DNA from: an uncultured delta proteobacterium
GTDB lineage: Bacteria; Myxococcota_A; Polyangia; Polyangiales; Polyangiaceae
Direction of reading: 5' to 3'
Assembly: GCA_963716725.1 (NCBI GenBank)
Contig: CAVQUB010000034.1
Span: 32,001-96,000, forward strand
DNA length: 64,000 nucleotides
The position numbers were made by a program, and so were the translations under genes. The notes beneath the pieces are model-generated. The model saw only the letters and a program-made list of their open reading frames with translations. It ran no database searches and had not been told where the DNA came from. The stretch's first letter is position 1, and each line of letters starts with the position of its first letter. Positions 20,689 to 30,433 of the stretch are shown piece by piece.

Positions 20689-21357
20689 CTAGGGCACGCG
20701 CTCTTCGATCCCGACCCGCTCGATGCGAGGGAGGACCGCGTCTCCGAAGAGCGCCAAGCGTTCACCCACCGTGGCTTCAGCGCGAGTCCCGAAGGCGCGG
20801 GTCGTGTACAGCGCGGCGTAGCACTGCCCGATGGTGTGTCCGACCGCGACGGCGTAGCCTTCGATCTCTCCGCCTCCGGTCGCGCGACGCACGCCCACGA
20901 CCAGCTCGGTCCGATAGCCGGCGGGCAGATCCAGCTCGCGGCGGTCGACCACCGTCGCGGGCTCAGCCGCGGGGTTCGGGGCCTGAGGGCGCCAGAGCGC
21001 GATTTGCTTTTGACAGTCCTCGCGCCGAGACAGACGCGCGGTGCGCCAGGTCTTGACCGACAGCTCGGACGAGCTGCCGGCGTGCCGCGCGGTCCACCAC
21101 GCTTCGCGCTGAGCTTCGATCTGCCAGTCCTTGCGCTCCGGCAGGGCGATCCTCAGGGAGAAACGCGCCGACTCGACGCTGCCCCAGGCTCGGTCCGCGA
21201 TGCCGACGCGGCTCAGGGGAGCCGGCGCCGGCGCCGGCGGCTGTTCCGGAGGCGCTGCGGGGGGCGGCGAAGCCGCGCAGGCCGAGCCGGCCAACGCCAG
21301 GGGCACGAGCAGACGAGCTATCCAGCTCGCGACTGAGGTCACACGCGCGTCAGCCAC
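20689..21357 (-). CDS. Hypothetical lipoprotein
   Basis: LALAGSAC lipobox followed by a Pro-rich linker; start uncertain. Confidence 0.65.
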   Translation of the reverse strand: MADARVTSVASWIARLLVPLALAGSACAASPPPAAPPEQPPAPAPAPLSRVGIADRAWGSVESARFSLRIALPERKDWQIEAQREAWWTARHAGSSSELSVKTWRTARLSRREDCQKQIALWRPQAPNPAAEPATVVDRRELDLPAGYRTELVVGVRRATGGGEIEGYAVAVGHTIGQCYAALYTTRAFGTRAEATVGERLALFGDAVLPRIERVGIEERVP

Positions 21358-22262
21358 TCGGGATGCGAGTCGTCGCTGCCCTTCACGATGTCGAAGTAGC
21401 GAGCCTGCAGCGCCCGGGTGACGGGTCCCATCTGCCCCTCGCCGACGCTGCGGTGGTTCACCTCACGCACCGGAGTGATCTCGGCGGCAGTGCCGGTCAG
21501 GAAGACCTCGTCTGCGAGGTGAAGCTCGTCACGGGTGATGAACTGTTCGGTCACGACCAGACCTTCTTCTCGCGCCAGCGTGATCACCGTGTCCCGAGTG
21601 ATGCCCGCGAGGATGGACGCCGCGAGCGGTGGCGTGATGAGCCTGCCTGCCTTGACGACGAAGATGTTCTCGCCCGAACCCTCGCTCACGTAGCCGTTCA
21701 CGTCGGTCAGGATGGCCTCGTCGAAACCGGCGAGCTTCGCCTCCTGCTTGGCCATCACGCTGTTGATGTACTGCCCAACCAGCTTGCCCTTGGCGAAGGC
21801 GACGTTGATGTGGTGCCGCGAAAAAGAGGACACCATGCAACGGATGCCCTTCTCGAGGGCGTCGGGTCCCAGGTACGTGCCCCACTTCCAAGCGGCGACG
21901 TAGGTCGCGACCGGGTTGTTGGGCGCGTACACGCCCATGGCGCCGTCGGCGATGACCGCCAACGGACGCAGGTAGGCTTGCGTCAGCTGGTTTTCCCGGA
22001 GCACGTCCAAGCAGCCCTGCTCGACCTGTTGGCGGGTGACCTTCGGCTTCATCAAGACGAGGTGACAGGAGTCGAAGAGCCGATCGATGTGCTCGCGCAG
22101 GCGAAAAACTGCCGTCTCGCCCCGCGCGCGCTGGTAGGCGCGAATGCCCTCGAAAGCGCCGACGCCGTAGTGCAGCGTGTGGGTCAGGAGCGACAGGTTG
22201 CCTCCCGACTGCCAGTCGGTGATCTCGCCGTCTTTCCAGAGTTTCTTTCCGTATTCGAGCAT
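21339..22262 (-). CDS. ilvE: Branched-chain amino acid aminotransferase
   Basis: LHYGVGAFEGIRAY, FRLREHIDRL, EGSGENIF, ILAGITR, DEVFLTGTAAEITP; GGAGG RBS. Confidence 0.95.
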   Translation of the reverse strand: MLEYGKKLWKDGEITDWQSGGNLSLLTHTLHYGVGAFEGIRAYQRARGETAVFRLREHIDRLFDSCHLVLMKPKVTRQQVEQGCLDVLRENQLTQAYLRPLAVIADGAMGVYAPNNPVATYVAAWKWGTYLGPDALEKGIRCMVSSFSRHHINVAFAKGKLVGQYINSVMAKQEAKLAGFDEAILTDVNGYVSEGSGENIFVVKAGRLITPPLAASILAGITRDTVITLAREEGLVVTEQFITRDELHLADEVFLTGTAAEITPVREVNHRSVGEGQMGPVTRALQARYFDIVKGSDDSHPEWLTRV

Positions 22263-22499
22263 CGAACCTCCCCGGCGGAGCCGGCCCGGACCTTAACGTC
22301 GGGGGCGCCCCCGGTCGAGCGCTCCCGGCCCACCCGGCTCCATTTGGGTGATTTTCGGGATGCGTGTCCGAAACCCTGTGCTATTGAGCCTGCGTCTGGT
22401 GGGCCGGGCTTGGCGACGCACACGCGTCCCGGTCGGGGAAAGAAGCCCAACAGGTGCTACGCGGCGCCAGGTCGGTGCCCGTTGCAGAAGGGACAGACC

Positions 22500-23096
22500 A
22501 TGTATCAGCAGCGCCAGAAGCCTGGCGGAAGTCGCCGGCGCAGGCGAAAGCAACGAGCGGCGGAGCCGCGAGCCGCGGCCGAACCGATCATGATTGCCGC
22601 GCGGCGGCCCAACTCACCGCTCCTCGCCCGAGCGCCCGCCGCGATGTCGGCGGCGCCCCAATCGGTCCGACCCGCGGTGGTCGAACCGGACCAGGACAAG
22701 GCCGCCGAGGCCGAGCGGGAGCCGGTACAGCGCCGCACCGCGCGCATCGTCCAGGTCAGCAAGGCCAGCGCCGACGATCGCGAAAAACAGCGCCTCCGAC
22801 TGCTCGATCGGGTGCTCGGCGCCGAGACCCGCGGCGCCGTCACCCGCGCCGCCGACGAGCTGGCTCGCGAGGGCTTCGAGCTGCCAGCGGAGCAGCCACT
22901 TCAGCTTCAGTTGCTCGATCATTTCGACGAAGACCGGGCGCGCGCGGCCATGGAGGTCTTGAGCGTGTTGGTCGCGAAAGAGCCACCCTTCAAGCGCCCG
23001 ATCATGGACCAACGCCTGCGCCGGTTGGAAGAGTACGCCGAAGATCCGGCGATCCGCGAAGCCGCCGCCGATCTCCGGCGCGCGATTCGGGGCTGA
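22500..23096 (+). CDS. Hypothetical protein with basic N-terminus and helical C-terminus
   Basis: ATG 22500 after AAGGGA; in frame with ORF 21363..23096. Confidence 0.6.
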   Translation: MYQQRQKPGGSRRRRRKQRAAEPRAAAEPIMIAARRPNSPLLARAPAAMSAAPQSVRPAVVEPDQDKAAEAEREPVQRRTARIVQVSKASADDREKQRLRLLDRVLGAETRGAVTRAADELAREGFELPAEQPLQLQLLDHFDEDRARAAMEVLSVLVAKEPPFKRPIMDQRLRRLEEYAEDPAIREAAADLRRAIRG

Positions 23097-23150
23097 GGCG
23101 CCGCGCCTTCGGCCCACGACGTCTGGGCAGGCGCGCGGAAACGCGCGAGG

Positions 23151-23606
23151 ATGCCTGCCGAGATGCCCCCGCCGAGCGCGCTTCCGCTGGATCTCTCGCC
23201 CCACGACTTCGAGCGCCGTATGCGTGACCTGGTGGCCGACCACGGTCGCCAGCGTGAAAATGAAGGCTGCGTGCAGTGCACGGGCTGCGTGGCGTGCCTG
23301 TCGTGCACCTTCTGCAAGGACTCCGACCGGCTGGTGCGCTGCCACTACTGCGTGAGCTGTCGCGGCTGCACCGACTCGTCTCACTGCCGTGGCTCGAGCG
23401 GGCTCCTGTCGTGCCAGCACTGCATCGAGTGCGAGAGTTGCTCGGGGTCGAGCTACCTGGTGCGGTGCGTGTCGGTCTCTCGCAGCAGCTACTGCTTCGG
23501 CTGCGTCGGCCTTACCGGGAAGGACTTTCACATCCTCAACTCGCCGCTGTCGCGGCAGGACTACTTCACCGTCACGCGCCGGCTCGCGAGGGAGCTACGC
23601 CTTTGA
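23151..23606 (+). CDS. Cys-rich repeat protein (CxxCxxC periodicity)
   Basis: Cys or Ser about every third residue; ends CFGCVGL..FHILN. Confidence 0.75.
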   Translation: MPAEMPPPSALPLDLSPHDFERRMRDLVADHGRQRENEGCVQCTGCVACLSCTFCKDSDRLVRCHYCVSCRGCTDSSHCRGSSGLLSCQHCIECESCSGSSYLVRCVSVSRSSYCFGCVGLTGKDFHILNSPLSRQDYFTVTRRLARELRL

Positions 23607-23613
23607 GATCGAG

Positions 23614-23952
23614 ATGGTCGAGCTGAGTGACCCTGCCATCGAGGCGCTCTGGAAGAACTGCCTCGACCACTGGGACGAGGAGAAGGCCCACCTCGCCTTC
23701 GTCGAAGCCTGCCGAGAGCGCGGCAAGCTGGCCGAGGCCGGCGTGCGCTACCGGGGCATGGCGGGCGACCGCGACCGGGCGTTGGAGGCCGAGAAGCGAC
23801 TGAAGGCCATCTTGGCCATCGCCATCGCGTCGCTGGAGGTCACGCGCACGCCCCAGCCGGAGGTAAAGCGTCAGGCCACCACGCTCGCGGTGTTGGTCGT
23901 GTTGGTCGCGGCCACCATCGGCCTGGTCGCGTACATCGCCATCATTCGCTGA
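23614..23952 (+). CDS. Hypothetical protein with C-terminal TM anchor
   Basis: ATG 23614, 7 nt after the upstream stop; hydrophobic C-terminus. Confidence 0.65.
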   Translation: MVELSDPAIEALWKNCLDHWDEEKAHLAFVEACRERGKLAEAGVRYRGMAGDRDRALEAEKRLKAILAIAIASLEVTRTPQPEVKRQATTLAVLVVLVAATIGLVAYIAIIR

Positions 23953-24130
23953 CCTCGCGGATAACGCCCTATAACTTCCACACGTTACGCGGCCACGGGA
24001 ATCTACGGGGAGCCCGCGGGGTTTCGCGACCGCGGGCAAACCTGCTATCGACTAACCGCCCGGGGTGCCCCGCCGTGGCGCGAGCCGCTGCGACGTTTTG
24101 CATTCCATCAAGCAGATCAGGAGAAACGAA

Positions 24131-24670
24131 ATGAGGACAACCCTAGTTGGAGCGTTGCTCGCCAGCCTGGCGCTCGTCGGCTGCGCTGGAGACGAGAAGA
24201 AGCCGCCCACGGCCCCCACCGGAGGAACCGAGGGTTCCGCCACGAATCCCGAGAAGGCCGGCGGCAACGACAAACCCAGCGACAACCCCTCGCAGTCGCA
24301 GATCAACATCTCGGACGAGATCAAGAAGGCCTGTGGCATCGCCGACGCGGACGCCCACTTTGCCTTCGACTCGGCGAACGTACGCGACCAAGACCACAAG
24401 GTCCTGGGGCAGCTCGCCACGTGTTTCACCAGCGGACCGCTCGCAGGACGCGAAATGCGCTTGGCTGGACACGCCGATCCTCGCGGCGAGCCGGAATACA
24501 ACATGGTGCTCGGCGGTAAGCGCGCCGAGAACGTCAAGGGCTTCATCGCCAAGAAGGGCATGAACGGCGACAAGATCTCTACGACTTCGCGCGGAGAAAT
24601 GGACGCCACCGGGACGGATGAGGCCACTTGGACCAAGGACCGCCGCGTCGACGTCGTGCTCGGCGACTGA
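24131..24670 (+). CDS. pal: Peptidoglycan-associated lipoprotein (OmpA-C domain)
   Basis: LALVGC lipobox, FAFDS, GHADPRGEPEYNMVLGGKRA, DRRVD; AGGAG RBS; adjacent to tolQRAB. Confidence 0.85.
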   Translation: MRTTLVGALLASLALVGCAGDEKKPPTAPTGGTEGSATNPEKAGGNDKPSDNPSQSQINISDEIKKACGIADADAHFAFDSANVRDQDHKVLGQLATCFTSGPLAGREMRLAGHADPRGEPEYNMVLGGKRAENVKGFIAKKGMNGDKISTTSRGEMDATGTDEATWTKDRRVDVVLGD

Positions 24671-24673
24671 CCC

Positions 24674-25414
24674 ATGATGCTCGCCGCACCCGCTGCCGAC
24701 GTGCAGCTCAACCCCGTCTCGTTGATGCTCGGCTCGTCCGGCGTCGTGCTGGTCGTCTTGCTGCTCTTGATCGTCGCGGCGACGGGAGTCTGGGTGATCT
24801 GGCTGCTCAAGAGCATGCAGCTGCGCCGGCTGCGTTCGGCACAGCATCGCTTCGAGCGCGAGGCGGAGCGCGTGGTGAGCGCCTCGGAGCTGATCTCACT
24901 GGCGCTCAAGCACCGCGAGTCGCCCGGAGGCCGCGTGGTGATGGAGCTCGCCAAGCGCCATCATGCGCCGAACCTCTCGGGTGAGTTGCTGATCGCGGTG
25001 GCCAAGCGGGCCCTCGCCACCGAGCAGCAGCGGGCCTCGACGCTGATGCCGACCCTGTCCAGCATCGCTTCGGCGACGCCCTTCATCGGGCTGTTCGGCA
25101 CGGTCTGGGGCATCATGAACGCGTTCATCAAGATCGGCGTCGAGAAGAGCGCCTCGCTGCCGGTGGTCGCACCGGCCATCGGCGAGGCGCTGATCGCCAC
25201 CGCCTTCGGCCTGGTCGCGGCCATCCCGGCCACCATCGGCTACAACTACGTGGACAAGCGCATCGGCGACCTGATGGAGGAGCTGGCTGCGTCGTCGGAG
25301 GCGTGGGCGGAGACGCTGGCGGCAGACCCCGGAGGCCCAACTGCCGCAATGCCGCTGGTGAAGGAATCGACGCGCCCTCCCGCCGGCGCCGGCGTGGCCC
25401 ACGCCCGAGGCTGA
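24674..25414 (+). CDS. tolQ: TolQ/ExbB proton channel protein
   Basis: TPFIGLFGTVWGIMNAF, VVAPAIGEALIATAFGLVAAIPA. Confidence 0.9.
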   Translation: MMLAAPAADVQLNPVSLMLGSSGVVLVVLLLLIVAATGVWVIWLLKSMQLRRLRSAQHRFEREAERVVSASELISLALKHRESPGGRVVMELAKRHHAPNLSGELLIAVAKRALATEQQRASTLMPTLSSIASATPFIGLFGTVWGIMNAFIKIGVEKSASLPVVAPAIGEALIATAFGLVAAIPATIGYNYVDKRIGDLMEELAASSEAWAETLAADPGGPTAAMPLVKESTRPPAGAGVAHARG

Positions 25415-25417
25415 TGC

Positions 25418-25909
25418 ATGGGCATGCAGGTCGGATCGCGGAAGCGGGGCGGTTTCCGCGACATCAACGTCACGCCACTGGTTGACGTGATGTTGGTGCT
25501 GCTGATCGTGTTCATGGTCACAGCGCCGCTTCTCACCACTGGCCTCCGCATCGACTTGCCCGAGGTGAAAGCCGCCGAGACGCCGGTCAAAGACGCGCGG
25601 CTGCTCCTGACAGTGACCAAAGAAGAGCGCGTGCTCTTCGGAGAGCGGGACGTCACCGGCAAGGTCGCTCAGGCCTTGCGCGAGAGCCAGCGCGTCCAGA
25701 AAGAGCGCGAGCTCTACATTCGCGCTGACAAAGACGCCCGCTACGGCATCGTCGCCGAGGTGGTGGCGGCGGCCCGAAACAGCGGTGTCGAGTCCCTGAA
25801 CCTGCTCGTCCAACCCGAGCTCGAAGAGGCGCCTGACGAGCCAGAAAAGCCGGGAAATCCCCCGGCCGGTGGAATTCCCAAGCCGGGCGCACCGTCTCAG
25901 AAGAAGTGA
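25418..25909 (+). CDS. tolR: TolR/ExbD protein
   Basis: INVTPLVDVMLVLLIVFMVTAP, IRADK. Confidence 0.9.
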   Translation: MGMQVGSRKRGGFRDINVTPLVDVMLVLLIVFMVTAPLLTTGLRIDLPEVKAAETPVKDARLLLTVTKEERVLFGERDVTGKVAQALRESQRVQKERELYIRADKDARYGIVAEVVAAARNSGVESLNLLVQPELEEAPDEPEKPGNPPAGGIPKPGAPSQKK

Positions 25910-25913
25910 GAGC

Positions 25914-26744
25914 ATGACGCGCGCCCAGGCCCTTCCGAGCTTCACCCCGATGGAGGTCGGGGTCGCGGTGGCGGCGGCGTCGATGATCCAAGCCTTCTTC
26001 TTCATCCTGCTCATCGCAGCGGGAAAGCCCCGGGTCGAGATCCAAGCCAAAGAGGAGATCGTGCCCCGAGAGTTTCCCATGGCCGTGAAGCCGGTGCTCG
26101 ACGACGCGCCGCTGCTCAAGTTGGGCGGCAAGAAGATGAGGCCCAAGCTGCCCGACATGTGGAAGAAGCTCGCCCCGACTCCGATCCAGCGCTTCGAGGA
26201 GAAGAGCGCGCCGAGCGAGAAAGCCAAGGACGATCCGAAAGCCGCCCCGACGAGCTCCGTCGCGACGGGCGACGCCGCCGCGCCGCCCCCGGACGCCGAT
26301 CTCGCCAAGCAGGTAGATCCCGCGCTCCAGGACCTCGACGCCGCCGTCGCCACCACCGATCCCGAGGTGGAGGGACCGGGCGCACCTGACGGCGTCAAAG
26401 AAGGCACCGAGACGGACCCGCTCAAGGCGCGCGCCGTCGATCAGTACAAGATGAAGGTGCTGGGCTGGTTCAACTCGCGCTTCAAGCAGCCGGTGGGGCA
26501 GATCCCCTGCGAGGAGCTGCGCAAGCTCTCGGCCTCGGTGAGCGCGAGCGTGAGCACCGACGGCACGGTGACGGGCTACAGCATGACGCGCCCAAGCGGC
26601 AACGCGGCCTTCGACGCCAAGGTGAAGGCCACCATGGCTGGCATCGTCGGCCAGCAGCTGCCTCCGCCCCCGCCCTTGTACCCGGGCATCTTGGGTTCTA
26701 CGGTGCAACCGACTTTTTCTGGTAGAGGCGCCAAATGCGATTGA
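25914..26744 (+). CDS. tolA: TolA/TonB-like protein
   Basis: N-terminal TM, Pro/Lys-rich linker, C-terminal PSGNAAFD...LPPPP; lies between tolR and tolB. Confidence 0.75.
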   Translation: MTRAQALPSFTPMEVGVAVAAASMIQAFFFILLIAAGKPRVEIQAKEEIVPREFPMAVKPVLDDAPLLKLGGKKMRPKLPDMWKKLAPTPIQRFEEKSAPSEKAKDDPKAAPTSSVATGDAAAPPPDADLAKQVDPALQDLDAAVATTDPEVEGPGAPDGVKEGTETDPLKARAVDQYKMKVLGWFNSRFKQPVGQIPCEELRKLSASVSASVSTDGTVTGYSMTRPSGNAAFDAKVKATMAGIVGQQLPPPPPLYPGILGSTVQPTFSGRGAKCD

Positions 26745-28033
26745 TTTTCCGCTGGGTCGTCGCGCTCTCGATCGTGAGCGCGACCGCCGCCGCACAAGAA
26801 TCGAAACCCGACGAGAGCGCGCTCGGGGAGTTCGTCGTCACCGGCTCGGGCACGTCGGAGCACGTGCCCAAGATCGCAGTCCTGCCTTCGCTGTCGCCGG
26901 ACATGGCGGACGTCGTGGTGCGCGGCACGGTTCGCCGCAACTTCGAGCTGACCGGTCTCTACGACGTGATCGCGGACGCGAAGGCTCCACTCGGCCTCTA
27001 CGGCTTCGACGACGCGGTGGAGGTGGACGCTTGGAAGAAGCTCGGCGCCGAGGCCATCGTCAAGGCGGCCGCCCGCAAGCACAGCTCGGGCAAGATCGAG
27101 GTCTTCGGGCTCGCCTACTTTCTGAATGTCGGCAAAGAGCCGGTCTTCGAGAAGAAGCTCCTGGTCGAAGCGAAAGACGTGCGCGTCACGGCGCATCGGA
27201 TCACGGACGCTTTGCTCGGCGCCCTGACCGGTCGCCCCGGCGGCTTCGCCAGCCACTTTGTCTACAGCGGGCGTTGGGGCACCAAGAGCTACCGCATCTT
27301 CAGCATGGACGCGGACGGTCACGACCTCAAACCCATCAGCGACGGCAACGACACCGCCATCGCGCCGACCTGGGGTCCAAACCAACAGATCTTCTACGGG
27401 GTTTCGAAGAACTACTCGCCCTTCCGACTGATGCGCTTCGACGGCTCGACGCACGAACGAGTGAACGTGCCGTACAAGACCAGCGTCTACAGCGTCGCCT
27501 TCGACAAGACGCACTCCAAGATGGCCATCGCCGTCGCCGACTCGACCGGCAGCGCCATCTACGTCGGCAAGCCCGATGGCAGCGAGATGAAGAAGGTCAG
27601 CACCAGCCAGTACGCCACGCACCCCGTCTTCAGTCCCTCGGGCAAGCTCGCCTGGATCGGCGGCGGCAAGACCAAGGGCGGCCAGCGCGTATACGTGGAG
27701 GACAAGGCCGTCTCGCCGGCAGGATTCACCGCCGGCGCCCCGGCCTTCTGCGACACGGAGGACGGCATCCGGCTGGTCTACTCCGTCTCGGTAGGTGGCA
27801 ATCGCCACGACCTGGTGATGAGTGCCGAGAAGGGCGGCGGCGTGCAGCGGCTGACCCAGAACCAAGGCTCCAACAGCTCTCCGGCGTGCAGCCCGGACGG
27901 GCGTCTGCTCGCGTTCTTCTCGACGCGCAAGAAGCCCGGGACCTACTTCATGAGCCTCAAGCGCTGGCGCACCCAGCAGCTCAACGGTCAGGTCGGCGAG
28001 TCACTGCGCTGGGAAGCACTGCCGCCACCCTGA
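26735..28033 (+). CDS. tolB: TolB
   Basis: Signal peptide, AHRITD, MDADG, PD40-type repeats (APTWGP, PVFSPSG, PACSPDG). Confidence 0.9.
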   Translation: MRLIFRWVVALSIVSATAAAQESKPDESALGEFVVTGSGTSEHVPKIAVLPSLSPDMADVVVRGTVRRNFELTGLYDVIADAKAPLGLYGFDDAVEVDAWKKLGAEAIVKAAARKHSSGKIEVFGLAYFLNVGKEPVFEKKLLVEAKDVRVTAHRITDALLGALTGRPGGFASHFVYSGRWGTKSYRIFSMDADGHDLKPISDGNDTAIAPTWGPNQQIFYGVSKNYSPFRLMRFDGSTHERVNVPYKTSVYSVAFDKTHSKMAIAVADSTGSAIYVGKPDGSEMKKVSTSQYATHPVFSPSGKLAWIGGGKTKGGQRVYVEDKAVSPAGFTAGAPAFCDTEDGIRLVYSVSVGGNRHDLVMSAEKGGGVQRLTQNQGSNSSPACSPDGRLLAFFSTRKKPGTYFMSLKRWRTQQLNGQVGESLRWEALPPP

Positions 28034-28039
28034 GCGCGA

Positions 28040-28627
28040 CTAGAGGAACACGCCCGAGAGCGCCATCGGGATCTGGGCGTTACCAACGATCTTGATCTTG
28101 CCGCCCATGGCCAGCTGCATGGGGTTTTGCTTGCCCGTCTGCATGTCCATGAAGTCGCTCATCTTGCACTCGAGGCGACAATCGGGAGCGTCGATCTTGG
28201 GCTCGGCTTTGCCCGGCGTGATGGCCAGCCTGTGCGTTGCGCCGCCCGCGTCCACGACGAACGCGACCGTGCCGGCGATGTTCTGCACGAGCTTCACGCG
28301 CTCGGCATCGACGGTCAGCGCCTTGAACGCCAGCACCTGTTGTTCCGGTTTGATCTCGGCGTCACCTTGCATGATGGCGCCCTGAACGAAGATGGGCTTG
28401 AAGTCCTCGGAGCTGACCGTCACCTGAATGATGACATCGTCGTGCATGCCTTCGGACACCTCGAGGTCACCATCTTTGAGCCGCATCGACCACTCGCCGG
28501 CGCCCTGCACCCGAAACACCATCGAGCCGCTCGATGACTTCCCGGCGAGCCCCGCCTTGAGCGCCTCGAAGCGCGACGGGAGGAACTGGGTGAAGAACTC
28601 TTTGGGCGAATCCGGTACGTCGGTCAT
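28040..28627 (-). CDS. Protein with two SCP2 sterol/lipid-binding domains
   Basis: GEWSMRLKDGDLEVSEG...VTVSSEDF and DFMDMQTGKQNPMQLAMGGKIKIVGN; GAGG upstream of ATG 28627. Confidence 0.8.
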   Translation of the reverse strand: MTDVPDSPKEFFTQFLPSRFEALKAGLAGKSSSGSMVFRVQGAGEWSMRLKDGDLEVSEGMHDDVIIQVTVSSEDFKPIFVQGAIMQGDAEIKPEQQVLAFKALTVDAERVKLVQNIAGTVAFVVDAGGATHRLAITPGKAEPKIDAPDCRLECKMSDFMDMQTGKQNPMQLAMGGKIKIVGNAQIPMALSGVFL

Positions 28628-28759
28628 TGTCTGTGGTTTCCTCGGGCAGGGCCGGAGCACTGCCCGGCGCACCGAATGGATCACGCGGCTTTCGTCGCGT
28701 CAATGATCGCGCTCGGCGAAGCAATTGATGAGCCCGAGCCGCGAGTGTACTGAGCAGGG

Positions 28760-29233
28760 GTGAGCGCCGAACTGGCCCCCGAGCCCAAGCGGCCGACTCC
28801 GGCCAAGGCGTTTTGGGGGCGCTTCGCGGCGGGTCACTTCTTGGCCTATCCGGTCTGCTTTCTGACCTCCGCGGGGGCCCTACCCTACGCGATGATGCTG
28901 CGCCGGGACGAGCTCCTGAACCCCGGACGCGCGGGCGCTCGCACCAAGATCGTCGCCGACGCCGCCCGTGACTTGAAGCTCACGGCCATCGAGGCCGCAC
29001 AGGTCGAGATCGTGCTCGAGTGGGCGATGTGGGCGTGCATTTTGGTGTTCGTGGTCTTGCACCTCGCGGCCCTGCCCTGGTCCTTTGCGGCGGCAAGCGC
29101 CGCGCGGCACCCCGAGCGCGGCGAGGCCGGCGTGCGGCGGGGATTTCGAATGTTTGCGGGCACCGCCGCCACTACGGTGGTGCTGGTGGCGATTTTTGGA
29201 ACCGCCGGCTGGATTTGGGTGCTGACCCGATGA
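28760..29233 (+). CDS. Hypothetical membrane protein
   Basis: Three hydrophobic segments. Confidence 0.6.
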   Translation: MSAELAPEPKRPTPAKAFWGRFAAGHFLAYPVCFLTSAGALPYAMMLRRDELLNPGRAGARTKIVADAARDLKLTAIEAAQVEIVLEWAMWACILVFVVLHLAALPWSFAAASAARHPERGEAGVRRGFRMFAGTAATTVVLVAIFGTAGWIWVLTR

Positions 29234-30069
29234 ATGCTGATCCCATGGCTCGCTACGCTCTCTTGGCATCCCTGGCTGCGCTGGCGGCGGTCGCCGCCTG
29301 CGGAGGCCCAACCGACGACGCGGCTGGCGCGGGGGGCTCGGATGGCGGCGCCGGCAAGCCCAACGTCATCCTCGACGGCGGCGGCATCGTCCCTGACGCG
29401 CCCGCGGGGGAGACCTTCTGCCAGAAGGGCGAGTGCAACTACCAGAAGCAAGACTGCGCGGGCGGGAGCGCCTGCTTGCCTTCCGACTCACCGCCAGCCA
29501 CGGGAGACTGGCCGCCCAAATGCATGAGCGCGGGATCGAAGCCGATCGGTGAGAGTTGCTCGGCCTGGAACGACTGCGTCTTGGGCGGGTTCTGCGTGGG
29601 CATTTCGGGAGCGGCGGACGGAGGAGTCGTTCCCGGCACGTGCCGCAAGCTGTGCTGCGGCGGCGATTGGTCCGCCTGCCCGAATGGCCAGAGCTGCGTG
29701 CAGCAGGTCCACTTGGTGCGACCCGGCGGCGGCGACGCGACCTATGCCAACGCCGACGTCTGTGTTCCGGTCAACGGCTGCGACGTGCTCGACCCCAAGT
29801 CCTGCGCCGATCACCCGGGCAAGAGCTGCCAGATCGTGGATCCCACTGGAAACGTCGCGTGCATGACCGCTGGCACTGGCGGCCCTGGCGCGAAGTGCGG
29901 CACGAAGTTGCCCTGCCAGGCGGGCTTTGCCTGCGTTGCGGACGAGTGCCGACGATTGTGCAAGGCGGTCAGCGGCGGCGGAGAGCCCTCGTGCCCGGCC
30001 GCCGAGGGCACCTGCATTCACTACCTTCGCGATCCCGAAGGCGTCGGCGAGTGTACCCCGCTCGACTGA
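29230..30069 (+). CDS. Cys-rich secreted lipoprotein
   Basis: LAAVAAC lipobox; repeated C..C motifs; start overlaps the upstream stop. Confidence 0.75.
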   Translation: MNADPMARYALLASLAALAAVAACGGPTDDAAGAGGSDGGAGKPNVILDGGGIVPDAPAGETFCQKGECNYQKQDCAGGSACLPSDSPPATGDWPPKCMSAGSKPIGESCSAWNDCVLGGFCVGISGAADGGVVPGTCRKLCCGGDWSACPNGQSCVQQVHLVRPGGGDATYANADVCVPVNGCDVLDPKSCADHPGKSCQIVDPTGNVACMTAGTGGPGAKCGTKLPCQAGFACVADECRRLCKAVSGGGEPSCPAAEGTCIHYLRDPEGVGECTPLD

Positions 30070-30080
30070 CCGCCGACGCG

Positions 30081-30389
30081 TCAGCGACCGAACAGCTTGG
30101 CGATGGTGTGGGTCTCGCGGGCGCCCAGCAAACCAAACTGCACGCCAAAGCCCTCGGGCTTGGCCCAGCGAACCGTCGCTGGAAGCGTCAGCTCGATGCC
30201 GGTGATCGTCGCGGCGATGCTAAGCTCGGTGCCGAAGGGGACCGTTTCCGCAGACTCGATGAACATGCCGCCCATGCTCACGTCCTTCACCGTGCCGCTG
30301 ATGGGCGGCCCCGCCTTGCGCGCGCACGACACGCCAATCTCGACCTGGACCCGAGGGTGACTGCGTTTCTCTTCCAATTTGTCCTCCAA
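30081..30389 (-). CDS. Stand-alone PilZ domain protein
   Basis: EKRSHPR and DVSMGG c-di-GMP-binding motifs; VRW...FGVQF. Confidence 0.9.
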   Translation of the reverse strand: MEDKLEEKRSHPRVQVEIGVSCARKAGPPISGTVKDVSMGGMFIESAETVPFGTELSIAATITGIELTLPATVRWAKPEGFGVQFGLLGARETHTIAKLFGR

Positions 30390-30433
30390 GGCGCCTGGCC
30401 GACGGACTCCATCGCGCGCGCGGGAGCCAGAAC

